A stretch of 64,000 bases of DNA from Nemertoderma westbladi (lineage: Eukaryota > Animalia > Xenacoelomorpha): the NCBI GenBank assembly GCA_032718475.1, contig JAUCBJ010006452.1, forward strand, positions 10,949-74,948, given 5' to 3'. A program made the translations under genes and the position numbers. Of the stretch, positions 32,133 through 44,585 are shown in pieces. The notes beneath the pieces were generated by a model. The model worked only from the letters and a program-made list of their open reading frames with translations. It did not search any database and was not told the DNA's origin. Positions within the stretch are counted from its first letter, which is position 1. Each line of letters opens with the position of its first letter.

Positions 32133-32212
32133 GTAATTAAATCAGAGCTGCCGCCCTAGTTGAATCCACTAGCTACCAGTGACTACCAGCCACCAATCCA
32201 AAGTTAAAGGAG

Positions 32213-34280
32213 ATGAGTAGAGAAGGAGAGACGACACCGACGCGGACCCCGGACGACAATCTAACGATCCGCGAGGCCGCGACCAGACAGTATACACCCA
32301 CGACGCCGGACCCATCGATGACGGGCGATCCGGAAGTTCAGGATGAGGGGGGCCGTCTGGAGTCAGAGGTCGAGTCGAGAGGAGGGGAAGTCGAGTTAGA
32401 GGGAGAAAGAGACGAGTCGACACGCGACGACGATCACCGTGCCGATGCCGCCGGCCCGCCACAGGCTGAGGGCGACAGACGGCCCACCGGAATGGCGACG
32501 GCGGGGCCGCCGGTACGACGTTGGACCCGGAGAGACAGAGGAGAGGTCGGCGACGAGGACGTCGGGGTTTCTGAGCAACTTCAACGGGCCTACATCGCGA
32601 CCCGGAGACTACTAGAGGAGGCCAGAGGAGGGGCGACGATAGACGAGGTAAAACTAAAAAAAGAACTAGGTGAGTCAAATAGGCATTTTAACTATTTAAT
32701 GCGATTAGGACAGAGAGAAACGGCCAAAGAGAGAGCGAGAGGGGTCGCCAAGAAACTGTGTGACCTATGGGGGTGTAGGGATATGGGGCCTGGTGCAGTG
32801 TACATAGGGCCATACTTAGTCGGTGCCCAGGGTGTAAAATTAGTGGGTTGGAAGAGACCTGAGGAGGGCGAATCCGAGGCTGACCCCGAGGATTTGGTCT
32901 CGTCGGTCGGAGGGAGTTCTGGGAGGAGGGGGAAAGTTAGTGGGACGGGAAGGCGGATGGAATCCGTCACAACCGGTAAGTCTGCTACATCCTCCGCGAA
33001 AGGAAGACGGGTGAGAGAGATAAACGCCACGTACCATCTCGACCTAATAACGCAAGGTAATAGAGAAGTAAGTAGACGGTTAGAGGAGGGGAGAGTGCTG
33101 ATAGAGAAGGAGATGGCACTGATTAGGGAGACAAGAGAGAGGGCCGAAAGGGCCGCGAGAAGCTTTAGGGAGTGTGAGGAAATAGAGAGGAAGGAACAAG
33201 AGGAGCGTGTGGCGGAACGTAAGGAGCGTGAGGCGAGAGAATAAAAGGAACGGAAAGAGCGTGAGGCGGAACGCAAAGAGCGTGAGGCGGAACGTAAGGA
33301 GTGTGAGGTGAGAGAGGAAAAGGAACGCAAGGAGCGTGAGGAGAGGCGAAGGGAGGGAGCTAGGAGAGTGGCAGAGTTGGCCGACCAGGACGCGCGGAAG
33401 TGTGAGGAGAGAATGGCAAAAGCGGAGCGAAAGCAGAAGGAATTGGAGAAACAACAAAGTGGGATTATAGAGTACAAAGCTAGACACATGCGCAAATTGG
33501 AACTGGCGCAGATAGGGGCGCGTCTGAGAGCGGGGATGGCTCGAATATTTTCGAGGAGCCAAGGGCCATGGACACGTTTATTAATACCCCACTTACAGGG
33601 ACCGCACGACAGACCCAAAACTGGTGTGACCGTACGGGCGGGGGGGGGGGGGGGGGGGGGGGGGTAATAATAATATTACCGTAGATGACGTTAATATTAA
33701 TAATACTGTATTGAATTACTCTAACCAAATCTTTATTGCAGGAAGTACTTTACCTAATAGTAATAATTTTATTTTAAATCCGAACAATTTAAATATTAAC
33801 GTGCAAAATAATTCTAATAATGTAGTTATGCAGAATAACCCAAATAATTCAAATAATAGCCCGAATTTGAATTTACAAAGTAACACAAATAATTTAAATA
33901 ATAATCCGAATTTGAATTTACAAAATAATTTAAATAATGTTGTAACGCAAGATAACGTTTTTAACTTTGGTGCACAAAATAATTTGGGTGAACTAGAGGA
34001 TAATCACAGTGGTGTTATTGGTGTGGATGCGTCGGACGTACATAGCCCGGCGGGTGAGGGCCTGGTAGGCCACGTAGTCGGTAGGCCGGAAGCAGCGGGG
34101 TTGAGCCAACCCGAGGTAGGCCTGGTAGGCCTCGTAGATAGTAGGCCGGAAGCGGCGGGGTTGAGCCAACCCGAAGTCCAACCTGATCGTGCTAAAGACG
34201 CTAAACGCACCATACGAGCTCAACGCGTCCAACAACATCACCACGATAGCGCAGGCACTGCCGATCTGGCTGCGCAATAA
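32213..34280 (+). pseudogene. N-terminal gag region of family A (Glu/Arg coiled coil, poly-Gly, Asn-rich), disrupted
   Basis: ORFs 32213-33244 and 33308-33667 share a frame across one TAA. Frames shift at the poly-G run and near 34190. Confidence 0.7.
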
Positions 34281-36273
34281 GTGGAGGAGAGTCGGTTTCT
34301 CCACTCGAGATAGAAAGGGTGCGGAACCGGGTTTAGAAGAAATGTCGAGCTTCTTAAGCTACGAAGCTGAATTAATAACCAATCCAGTCTATAGCGAAGA
34401 TAGCCTGGGAAAGGGATCAAAGACAGATTACCATAGACTGAAACCAGAGCACAACGCTTCGAATGCATTACCAAAGCTCAGGCAATCACAGCCATATGCA
34501 GCAACCCAGGGGACTGCAAGTCCACAAGTAGCAGAAGGTAAGACCGGACAGGGGAAAAATAACAACACGAATAAACATAGCCCCAATACATCCAGAAGGC
34601 AGAACTCAAACTATAAAAACAGTAGGGACTTCAGTACAAATGCAACTGCGATACACGATGCACTGTACAAGGACGGCTACGACCCAAAGAGTAAATGCCA
34701 ACTACATACAAATGCAAAGCATCGAACCATGAATTGCAGCTACTGGCAACCGTTACCTAGGGAAGATCAGCTAGAATATGCGGCGAGAAATGAGATCTGC
34801 TCACGATGTGTGAAGAGTGGACATCGAGCAAGGCAATGCACGGAGACCCCGGTTAAGTTCGGTCAATACAAAGGCCAAAAGATGGCAACGAGCACAGTAG
34901 GGGCGAAGAAAAGAGGAACGGTGCTACTTGGGGTAGTACCGGTGCGAGTGATTGGGGAAGGCAACCGATCAGTAACCACTCTGATGCTGGTTGATAGCGG
35001 AGCTGCCTTCACATTAGTTGAGGATTGGGTGGCCAAAGAAATAGGATTGAGGACGAGGCCAAGTAGAATGGCGGTAACAACTATCTCTAGTAAAGACGAG
35101 GTCCTAGAGATGAGGACCGGACGGTGCGCGATTGCAGCAGTAGCACTGGGATGTGACTACGGGGCAACCATCGACCCCATCCAAGCGATAGAGTCAATTA
35201 ATATCAATGCCAGGCAGCCAACCAACATCAAGGTTGAGCAATATAAATTCCTGGACAGTATTGACTTCTCAATCCCGGAGGTGGACGTCAGGAAGGTATC
35301 CATCCTAGTAGGAATGGACTGCCCGACGGCCCACGAAAGAATGCAAACGGTCTTCGGCGAAGACAGGGAGTGTGACCCAGTGGCGATATTGACACCATTT
35401 GGGTGGACACTGAGTGGCCCAATCAAGAGCAAGATACCATTTAGGATGTCGGAGACATCAGGATGCATGTTCACGGGAACTATGCAGGAAATGGGTGATG
35501 AGAGAGCAGAGGAGCAGCTTAAAAGACTGCTCAAACAAGATTTTGAGGGATTAAAGGAGACCGGGGTAGGGACCTCGGTGGAGGACAAACAGGCTCAACA
35601 GAGCGTAGAGGAGTCCATGACATGCAATGAGGGGCGGTATACCATAGGGATGGTATGGAAGCTACCGAAGCTACCGTTACACGATAATAAAGGGATGGTA
35701 CTTACGAGGCTTCGTAAGTTGAAACAGACACTAAAACGGAGCCCCGAGAAGAATGAGTACATCCACCGGACGATTAAGAAGTACGTCGAGAAAGGATGGG
35801 CTGTGGAGTTACCGGTCGACGAACCGAACACAGACAGGACATATTACCTGCCACTCCACGTGGCTTTAGATCCGAAGAAAGGCAAACTGAGGATGGTAGT
35901 AGATGCGTCGGCAAAAACCAACGGAAAATGCCTAAACGACTATCTACTAGAGGGCCCCAATATATACAACTCGGGGATCGAGGTCCTACTAAGGTTCAGG
36001 AATGGGATACACGCCTTCACCTGTGATATTGAGGGCATGTTCAACCAAGTCCGTGTAACGGAAGAAGATAGCAATAGTCAACACTTCTTATGGTATAACG
36101 GCGACGAAGAACCGCCGATTATACTGATGTACAAGATGATAGTACAGAACATGGGGGCCAAGTCGTCTTCCTTCACGACGACTATGGCGGTAAGAGACAC
36201 AGTGAAAGGGAAGAAGGATAGATATAGTACTAGGGCCGTCGACATGATTCGACGCGGCTTCTACGTAGACGAC
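34189..36273 (+). pseudogene. BEL/Pao Gag C-terminus, protease and partial RT
   Basis: Motifs CSRCVKSGHRARQC, LVDSGA, YYLPLH, RMVVDAS, CDIEGMFNQV and GFYVDD. Confidence 0.92.
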
Positions 36274-37013
36274 ACAGAGATGGTACGAAAGCCAGATAGG
36301 AATTCGTACACAGAGAGGGTATGGAAGCTCAAAGAGGAGTTGGTACACAGAGAGGGTATGGAAGCTCAGAGATGAGTTGGTACACAGAGATGGTACGGAA
36401 GCCGATAGGAATTCGTACACAGAGAGGGTATGGAAGCTCAGAGAGGAGTTGGTACAGAGAGACGGTACGGAGGCCAGAGAGGAGTTGGTCAACAGAGAGG
36501 GTACGGAGGCCAGATAGGAATTCGTACAAAGAGAGGGTATGGAAGCTCAGAGAAGAGTTGGTACACAGAGATGGTATGGAGGCCGGAGAGGAATTCGTAC
36601 AAAGAGAGGGTATAGAACCTCAGAGAGGAATTCGTACACAGACAGGGTATGGAAGCTCAGAGAGGAGTTGTGGTACACAGAGATGGTACGGAGGCCAGAT
36701 AGGAATTCGTACACAGAGAGGGTATAGAAGCTCAGAGATGAGTTGGTACACAGAGATGGTACGGAGGTCAGATAGGAATTCGTACAAAGAGAGGGTATGG
36801 AAGCTCAGAGAGGAGTGGGTATACAGATATGGTACGGAGGCCAGAGAGGAATTCGTACAAAGAGAGGGTATAGAACCTCAGAGAGGAGTTGATACACAGA
36901 GAGGGTATGGAAGCTCAGAGAAGAGTTGGTACACAGAGATGGTTCGAAGCTCAGAGAGGAGTTGGTAAACAAAGAAGGTATGGAAGCTCACAGAGGAGTT
37001 GGTACACAGAGAT
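36272..37013 (+). repeat. Second block of the 36/37-bp minisatellite
   Basis: Same monomers as the first block. 36272-36528 matches 29967-30223, including rare variants. Confidence 0.95.
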
Positions 37014-37029
37014 TGTTCAGAGGACAGTA

Positions 37030-37216
37030 CTTTAATAATAATACTGTAGTTAGTTCTAAGTGTAGTTAGACCTTCTGGGGTTTTACAAATCTGCTTTGAG
37101 AACAAACTTACAGTTTCTCTTTCAACTAATTTGTTGGTGTCCTCGTTGTTGTCTCCATTGCACTCCACAGCTAAATATGCTGCCAGAGCTAAGAGTAGGA
37201 GATTTGCCTTTGACAT
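37030..37216 (-). CDS. Possible first coding exon of a secreted protein
   Basis: MSKANLLLLALAAYLAVECNG looks like a signal peptide. The 3' boundary is uncertain. Confidence 0.3.
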
Positions 37217-38888
37217 TGTAGAGTTGTGATAAATAAATGTTTACACAAATGAAAATAAAATCTTCTTGAATGACTTTAATGACACAAACATACCCTATAT
37301 AACTCAAGGAGTGCAGACCTACAAGTACATTAGATACTGTCTGCTGTATGCTTAGTAGAATCAAAGTAGCTCAATGTTAATAAATGGATCAGTTTATATG
37401 AATAAATAATTGGTGTATTTTATGAAATAAAGTAACGGACTGATAAACCAACACAAACTCTCCTACTAAAACGGTGCCTTGGATGCCAGATGTTGCATTG
37501 TCTATATTGGTTTAGGTACTGTAAACTAACAAAGAGGAAAGGATTTATATTAATAAATATTTGAAATTCCAATTTGTTGTCGTCATGTGATGTCTGCATA
37601 TAGGGTAATGACTAATATACATTGCGGTGTGGAGTGGAGTTGATATGAATCTATCGAGGGGAGTTTACAGAACCCAAGTTATATAAAAAAATGAAGTTTA
37701 TTATATATTTTAAGAGATATTGAAATTTAGAGGCATCATGCTTATAAATAAAATTTAGTTATATAGGCAAAATGTACAAAGCAAACAGAACAGGCCCTGA
37801 CATACATGAGTCTGGGTTCGGCTAAGCTGTCTAGCATTCAAAGCACTGTGACCAAACAGTGCTGCCTCATCTAGAGATCGAACAATTTGGACCTGATACT
37901 TAGGAAACCCAGGAATGTCACCTCTAGACCAATCTGCTCTATCCAAAATAAACATAAAGACACTTTTTAGGCGATTCATATCTTCGGCCTTTGGGAGATA
38001 TATTTCTTTACGTTTCTTTCATCATCATCTTATCATTACCATCAACATTTAGCTCATTTATCACACATCCTACCATACAGTAGGGCCTTCCTACTGTACT
38101 GTATGTACAGTATACTGTACAGCATTGGGGGGTCTCATTTGTTTCCTAAGCTTCTTTTGCGTGCAAATTGTGAACAGTCTGTGACTCTGAGAAATAAATG
38201 GCTGCGACATGACGCCGGCAATATAATACACACAATATTTATATTACCTCGTTGCAACCACATTTCGAGCGCTACTGTATGGAATACTTCTTGCAACTGC
38301 TGCTCTGGTTGCAGCTCAGTATCCCTCGTGTAATGTGTCTGACTGCCCAACAGCTACTGTAGGACTGTAGATGTAGAACTAAACATGATCTGACTTTATC
38401 TGATTATTAGACTGTGCAATACAGCCATTATAGAGTTACTGTATTTGTTATGCAGGTTACTGTAGATATAGTAGTAAACAATTTTGGTCCTTATTATTCT
38501 TACTTTTGGTTCTTTCTTATTTTGGTTGCATGTACTTAGGCGGTTGGTTTGGGCTTTAGTGGTAGTGGTATCAGTTTTGGGTTTCATCTATCTACTATCT
38601 GTCTGATTTATTTTATTTCTGTATTTCAGTAGGCCTACCTATTCTTTTACGTTTCCTGTAAGGTCAGGTCAGGTATTCTAGGTCATTGATCAAGAAAACT
38701 TGCCACCTACATGCAGCATAAAGGAGGTGCCACCGGTAGCTGCATAGACCCTCTTACTAGGAAAAATCTGGTCCTGTAACTAGGACCCCCTTCGTTCTGG
38801 GATAAGGACGCCCTTGGTCCTTGATTAAGGACCCTTATACAGTCTTGTTCACAATTAAAATCCATTCTTCAATCTGCATCAATCCGAA

Positions 38889-39230
38889 TCAATCTACTCT
38901 CATAGAAAAATAATAGTTAGATTGATGAAATTGAACCTACGTTCAACTTCTTCAATCCAGACTTTCTGTCTAGATTGATCAGATTTAACAGATTGAAAAT
39001 GTAGAGCCGAAGTATCCCTCTGTGCAGAGATGCCATGGGTTAGTATAGGGCTGTGTAGGGCAGGGGAATAAAGAGCAGGGCGGCTAGGCGGGTAGACTAA
39101 GCTCAAAGAGCATGGCGGCTGCATCAAACAACTATAGGCCAGGCTACTAATGGGATCCCGCAAAGCCTTAGATTGATTGACAGGCACTGTCACAATACAG
39201 TTGGTGTGTGTGTGGTGTTCTACTGAATTG
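38889..39230 (+). repeat. Dispersed repeat, matches 4946-5290
   Basis: Direct sequence match. Confidence 0.85.
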
Positions 39231-39949
39231 CGGTAGTGTACTGTAGAATACTGTAGTTAAATTCCTCCTTTCCAGTTATCCAGTTGCAGTCTATACAATG
39301 TACTGTAGATTATTTGACTTGGCTAACCGCACTATTCCCTTCATTAAATATTACAATAAACGAATAAACCCCTGGAAAAATGCTTGGTAGAATGTAAAAA
39401 AACCCTCATAAATTGTCTACTTACTGTTATATGGTGTGGTATGTATGGGGGAGGGAGGAGGTTAAATAGTTTTTAGGCTTATAATAGGTACAGTACGTTT
39501 TATGTAGTTGAACGGCTACCTTAATGACATCATGTCTTTATATAAGTATGTGTTTTGTTTGACCACAAAAGTACTGTTTACGATTGGCCGTTTTTGGGAC
39601 GTTTTGTTCCCACATCTTTTCAGACTGAAAAACTGGCCCGAAAAGCGTCACAAGTCAGTAAAAACGGCTGAATGTTATCATTATCAATATAAAAGAAAAG
39701 GATTCTAGAACAAAATAATGTAAAATGTGGTAACAAAACGTCCGAAAAACGTCCCATAAAGTTCAATCGAAGTTTACTTTTATGTCGGCCGTCTGTATAG
39801 ATAACCAAGGTCACCTTTTTAAAACTCTTATAAAAAGAATTTAAAGGCAAGGTCGAAAATTCCGGCTTCATGATGAACATCGACTGTGAGTGAGTTGAAC
39901 TCTGTTGTGTATTCGTAGAAGCACATTTTACAAACAGTTATAGTAGGTA

Positions 39950-40920
39950 ATGCTATTTCTGTTGTTACTAAAGTCACTTCTGGAACAGTACAGGGAAGGG
40001 TCTTAGGTCCGCTATTGTTTTTGTTGTACGTAAACGACTTACCTGATGCACTCGTTAGTCCTACAAATGACGTTAGTTGTGAATTATTTGCTGATGACCT
40101 CAAACTGTACAGTAAAGCTTCAGCCAGCAAATCGTTGGCAGATGCCCTCACAGCACTCGAAACCTGGGCTAGTGAATGGCAAGTTAAAATTGCCACTCAT
40201 AAATGTTAACAGTGTTGAACATTTCCACATCAGTTAATAATTTATCCCAGGATAAATTCGTCCTGTATGGTAAAGCCTTGTCGCTAGATAAATCTTGTAG
40301 GGACCTTGGTGTCTCTATAAGTAGCAATCTAAAATTTGACCTCCACTACCGTGAGCAGGTCCAAAAGGCTTTTCGTATTGTTAATATGATATTTAAGTGC
40401 TTTTACACTAGCAATCTCAATGCGTTACTAACAGCGTACACATCTTATGTTCGACCCATATTGGAGTACTGTACACCAGTTTGTTCGCCTTTTAATTTGG
40501 GGTCAATAGATCTTATTGAACGAGTCCAAAGATATTTTACCCGTCGTTTGTATGTTCGTTGTAAATTTGATCGTGCTGACTACTTAGATCGACTCCTACG
40601 TTTAAAACTACAGCCGCTAGAAGTCCGAAGACATATTTTTGATCTAAAGCTGGTGTATATGATATTATAACAAACTTGTTGATTTAAACTTTGATGACTT
40701 CTTTCTATATCAGTTAGAAATAATAATAGGGGTCATTCCATGAAACTTTACAAGTCCTTTTCCAGACTTCAGATAACTAAAGAATCGTTCTCAAATCGTG
40801 CAGTAGATATTTGGAATGGCCTGCCGCAAGATGTCGTTAGTGCATCCAATATTAATATTTTTAAAGATAAAATAAAATAAGTTGACCTGTTACCTTATTG
40901 TAATTTTAATAGATTTATAG
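39950..40920 (+). pseudogene. CR1-like LINE 3' fragment (RT C-terminus)
   Basis: SGTVQGRVLGPLLFLLYVNDLP, LFADDLKLY, RDLGV, YVRPILEYC and IERVQRYFTR, with internal stops. Confidence 0.88.
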
Positions 40921-41461
40921 ATTGAAATTTCTATGCTTATTTTATTTTTTCTGATAACTGAACCTTCACTTTTGATCCACTAAGAAACATATCATATGTT
41001 GTATTTTATTCTTTTTATTTTTTTCCTTTTAAGAACGTTTTTTATTTAATACTTTCACCCCATGACTACAGTACGTGTTTATAATCTATGTTCCCCGTTT
41101 TGTAATTTCTGTCGTAACTTAATAACAACATTATTGCATTATTGATATATTTGACGTTTTATGTATGTAACCACCTATAAGCGTAACAGTAGCATTTACG
41201 CGAATTGTACCTTGGTGGTGTTTCCCCCTTTAATTTTAATTTTAATTAATGTTAATATTAAATGAGTGTTGTAATAATAATAATAAAAAAGTATTTGGGG
41301 GGCGGGGGGGGGGGGGGGGGGGGGGTAATCCGTGTTATCAGAAAATTGCACATTTCTACAAGTAAAATACCTACATCATCATTCTAACATTCGATGTGGA
41401 ATTTAAATAAAATTTATTTAATTAATATCATTGCAAATATTAATTTTGTTAATTTTTGCAG

Positions 41462-41679
41462 CATAAAATAGACGGAGTTGGTCTTCTTACTATAACAGAG
41501 GACGATCTGAGACAACCCCCTCTTTCCATACCAGTTCTAGGCGACATCAAGCGGATTGTCATTGCATTGCGAGATCTCAAAAACCATAACGTCGCTGCCG
41601 TTAGGCGGTTGTCTACTGTGGATTTCTTGCAATCAGAACCGCAGCCAACTCAAAGTAATAGAAGGCAGACAAATCATGT
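41462..41679 (+). CDS. SAMD8: Host exon: SAM domain of sphingomyelin synthase-related protein (SMSr/SAMD8-like)
   Basis: HKIDGVGLLTITEDDLRQPPLSIPVLGDIKRIVIALRDL matches the SMSr SAM pattern. Acceptor TTTTTGCAG and donor GTAAGT at 41680. Confidence 0.8.
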
Positions 41680-41989
41680 GTAAGTTTACATTATTAGATA
41701 ACGATATGTTTTTACTTTCGATTGGCATATTTCCGTAATTACAGACTAGTCTAAAGTCATAAACAATGTTCATGTCATGTCATACATCGAACATACATTT
41801 AATAAATTTATTGGGGGGCGAGGACTGTAAAACAGTATTTTGTTTCTGTATGTATCTATTTTTGTTTCTGGATGTAAAGTCAACGACCATTTTGGTTTCA
41901 TTTTAGGCTCTAGGCTGAAAAGTACTGTAGCAAATATTTCAGAATGTTAAATTTTTCCCTTTGTTGGGTAATTCTGAATCTACACTGTG

Positions 41990-42800
41990 GGGACGGTTTT
42001 TAAGGTCGCTGATCACGATTCAACTCGTTAAAATTATTTCACGATATCGCAAAGATCGTTTTATGTGATTACCTGGGGCGACGAAAAATACAAGTAGCAT
42101 AAAATTTCGAACTCCCAAAAATTTAATTTGTTTGGATAAATGTGAAGGTTTTTCGAGGTCGCTGATCACGATATAACTTGTTATAAATCTTTTATGGTAG
42201 TGTAACTATACAATTTATTAGCGATATGTGCTACTTGTATTTTTCGTGCCACATTGGCAAATTTTAAAAATATCATAAACATTCAGACTCTGAATTTTTG
42301 AGAGTCATATTCTAATTTAGCTATACAGAAAACTCATAAAGCCATAAAAACTGGTTGATTTGGTAATTAATTACTTATGATTATCTAATATTTGGTACTT
42401 GTAATTTTCGTTCCACTTTACATTGGCACAAAAATATACCACAATAAATCGGATACTATATCAGCTTCCCATAAAACCCATAATGTCATAAAATTAGATT
42501 GATTTGGTGGTTTTTTTTTACATGATCGTATTCGCATAACTTTTTTTAGTGCTCCAGAGGGAGATTCCAAATTACCAGAAATCTTTTCGAATCCTTAATT
42601 TAAGTTCTAGATTCTAGAATCTAGAATCGTAATCAGCATCCAAAAACCCCTTTATATCGCAAATATATTTAGTTTAGCGAGCCATAAAAACCTTTTAAAA
42701 TTTCAGCACGAAAAATATTGGAGATGGGTGCCAGAAAGGGACCACAGCACGAAAACTAACATAGCCATATATAATGGGCGTTTACGCTGTTGGTTTACGC
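41990..42800 (-). mobile_element. Degenerate relative of the 7621-27774 DNA transposon (inverted)
   Basis: 42700-42795 is a diverged reverse complement of about 8098-8200. GCTGATCACGA and GCACGAAAAATA motifs are shared. Confidence 0.55.
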
Positions 42801-43052
42801 AATATGATGGTGCTCTCCATAGCGAGGAATGTCAGCCGGCCCTGTTGGGACTCGGACCCGGTACCTAGGTTTCAAACTTCCGGTTATCATCAGCCGGTTG
42901 AGTGTACTGAGCTACCAGACCGGATGAATATTTCGCTGTGGAGTGGGATATCATATTTAGGCCAACTAATCAGTCAAAGGAAGCCTGGGTGCCGGGTTCG
43001 AGCCCCGGTGGGGCCGGTTGATATTTTTCGCTGTGGAGAGCATTATCATATT
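42801..43052 (+). repeat. Palindromic tRNA-derived (SINE-like) element with 73-bp inverted arms
   Basis: Arms at 42801-42873 and 42980-43052. B-box GGTTCGAGCCC in the right arm. Confidence 0.75.
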
Positions 43053-43156
43053 GTCTTATTTACATTGTATATTTAATACACCGCGTCACTCACCCCACAA
43101 CAATTCACTTATTATTATTGAATAAATAATTATGCATCGTGTATAATAATACTGTT

Positions 43157-43810
43157 CTACCATTCGGAAATTAGAATCCCTCCTAAGACAATAGTAATGA
43201 TTACAGCAACTACGTGCGTGGTTGTTGGTGCGGCATTGGTCTCAGTAACCAATGATGTTGATGTAGACCCACCTTCGGTAGTGGATTCAGTAACTCTCCA
43301 TTGGATCCATTGCTCTGCTGGAGGGCAGGGGCCCGTGGGACAGCACTGATATTGGCAAGCTTCGTGTGTTACTGTGAGATCAACCTTTGCCCAGTTGATA
43401 ATCGCCATAACTCTAACTAGATAGTCATCTCTGTACTCCGGGGCGGCATCAGGTAGAGAAACTGTCACGAAATGGGTGCAAAACGCTTCGTTTAAAGGGA
43501 CGCAATTGTACTCGGCCACGTGGCATACCCCGTCTTGATAATCGAACACGATCTCCTCATTGTACTCCTCCGAATAGCCAGTAAGTGTGTATGATACAAC
43601 GGCACAACTGAAACACTCGCTGTGTGTGAAATTACCTTGAACGAAGTCGTTGCTTTTCGCAAAGTGAGATGCTCTATCTTGATACTTTTTTAATAAGGCG
43701 TCGTTCTTGCTGGTAAGCGACCAGTCCATTCCACCTGGACACGTGAAGTTGGAGACTGCCTTAGTAGCAGGGAGTATAGTTATAACAAATAGAGTATAGA
43801 TGATTTGCAT
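43157..43810 (-). CDS. Intronless Cys-rich cell-surface protein (signal peptide, Ly6/three-finger-like, Thr-rich stalk, hydrophobic or GPI tail)
   Basis: N-terminal MQIIYTLFVITILPATKA, CFSC...CQYQCCPTGPC, a Thr/Ser stalk and C-terminal VVAVIITIVLGGILI. Confidence 0.7.
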   Translation of the reverse strand: MQIIYTLFVITILPATKAVSNFTCPGGMDWSLTSKNDALLKKYQDRASHFAKSNDFVQGNFTHSECFSCAVVSYTLTGYSEEYNEEIVFDYQDGVCHVAEYNCVPLNEAFCTHFVTVSLPDAAPEYRDDYLVRVMAIINWAKVDLTVTHEACQYQCCPTGPCPPAEQWIQWRVTESTTEGGSTSTSLVTETNAAPTTTHVVAVIITIVLGGILISEW

Positions 43811-44299
43811 TTTATAACTGCTAGCTACCCTTACATATACAATACAGAGCAGTATTATACACCGACCGAAAATGTAATTCCACGCTAATTGTAAATAATC
43901 CCACGCCTAATATTCTAAAAGAGGTGAATTATTTAACTATATTACACAGCGAAATTTTAACACAATATAACTAATTCACAGGGAGATTTTATTCTCTATA
44001 GCACATTTAGACAGGGGGGGAAACTCGACGCAATAGTGAAGGTTTAGAATCCGGGATGTTTCGTATTTTTGCTAGATCGGTAGCCGAAATAACAGAATAA
44101 ATTATGCCAAAATAATTAATTAACTATATTCAGTACATTCAGTTTGGGTTTATCGCTACAAATATAGTGATGCTTTGTTTTTTCAAATCGAACTAACAAT
44201 ACAAATTTTATTGAATTAATTTCAATTGGGTTTTCTACAATATTTCTAACTCTCGTTAGTAGTCTTGGCCTTGGGTCTTGGCCTTGGCCTCGGGTCTTG

Positions 44300-44585
44300 G
44301 CCGGCTCTGTGACAGTTGGACCCCACTGACACCCATTGGGTGTCATATGACACCCAATTATCACCCTATGGGTGTCATTGGCGCCAGACTGTCTGGGTGA
44401 CACCTCCCAATTAGGCTAATTAGACCCCAATTGACAGGTGTCATCAATTAATTAGTACAATTAAACCCCAACAGGTGTCATATGACTCCTAATTAGGGTT
44501 TGATTGATTATCCTAATTAATCAGACTGATTAGCGCCGTGACATACAATGGGTCATCAGTGAGGTCCAACTGTCGCAGAGCCGGC
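44300..44585. mobile_element. MITE-like element with about 39-bp imperfect TIRs
   Basis: GCCGGCTCTGTGACAGTTGGACCCCACTGAC..CCCATTG pairs with CAATGGGTCATCAGTGAGGTCCAACTGTCGCAGAGCCGGC. No clear TSD. Confidence 0.65.

Larger units (their letters stand above)
31598..36273 (+). mobile_element. BEL/Pao family A copy 2, 3'-truncated, inserted in the satellite
   Basis: 5' LTR, gag, protease and RT up to GFYVDD, after which the satellite resumes. Confidence 0.92.

Noticed and set aside
32692-33618. Long antisense ORFs opposite gag/pol (also 17979-18584 and 184-705)
   Set aside because: Shadow frames of compositionally biased coding sequence with no independent motifs.
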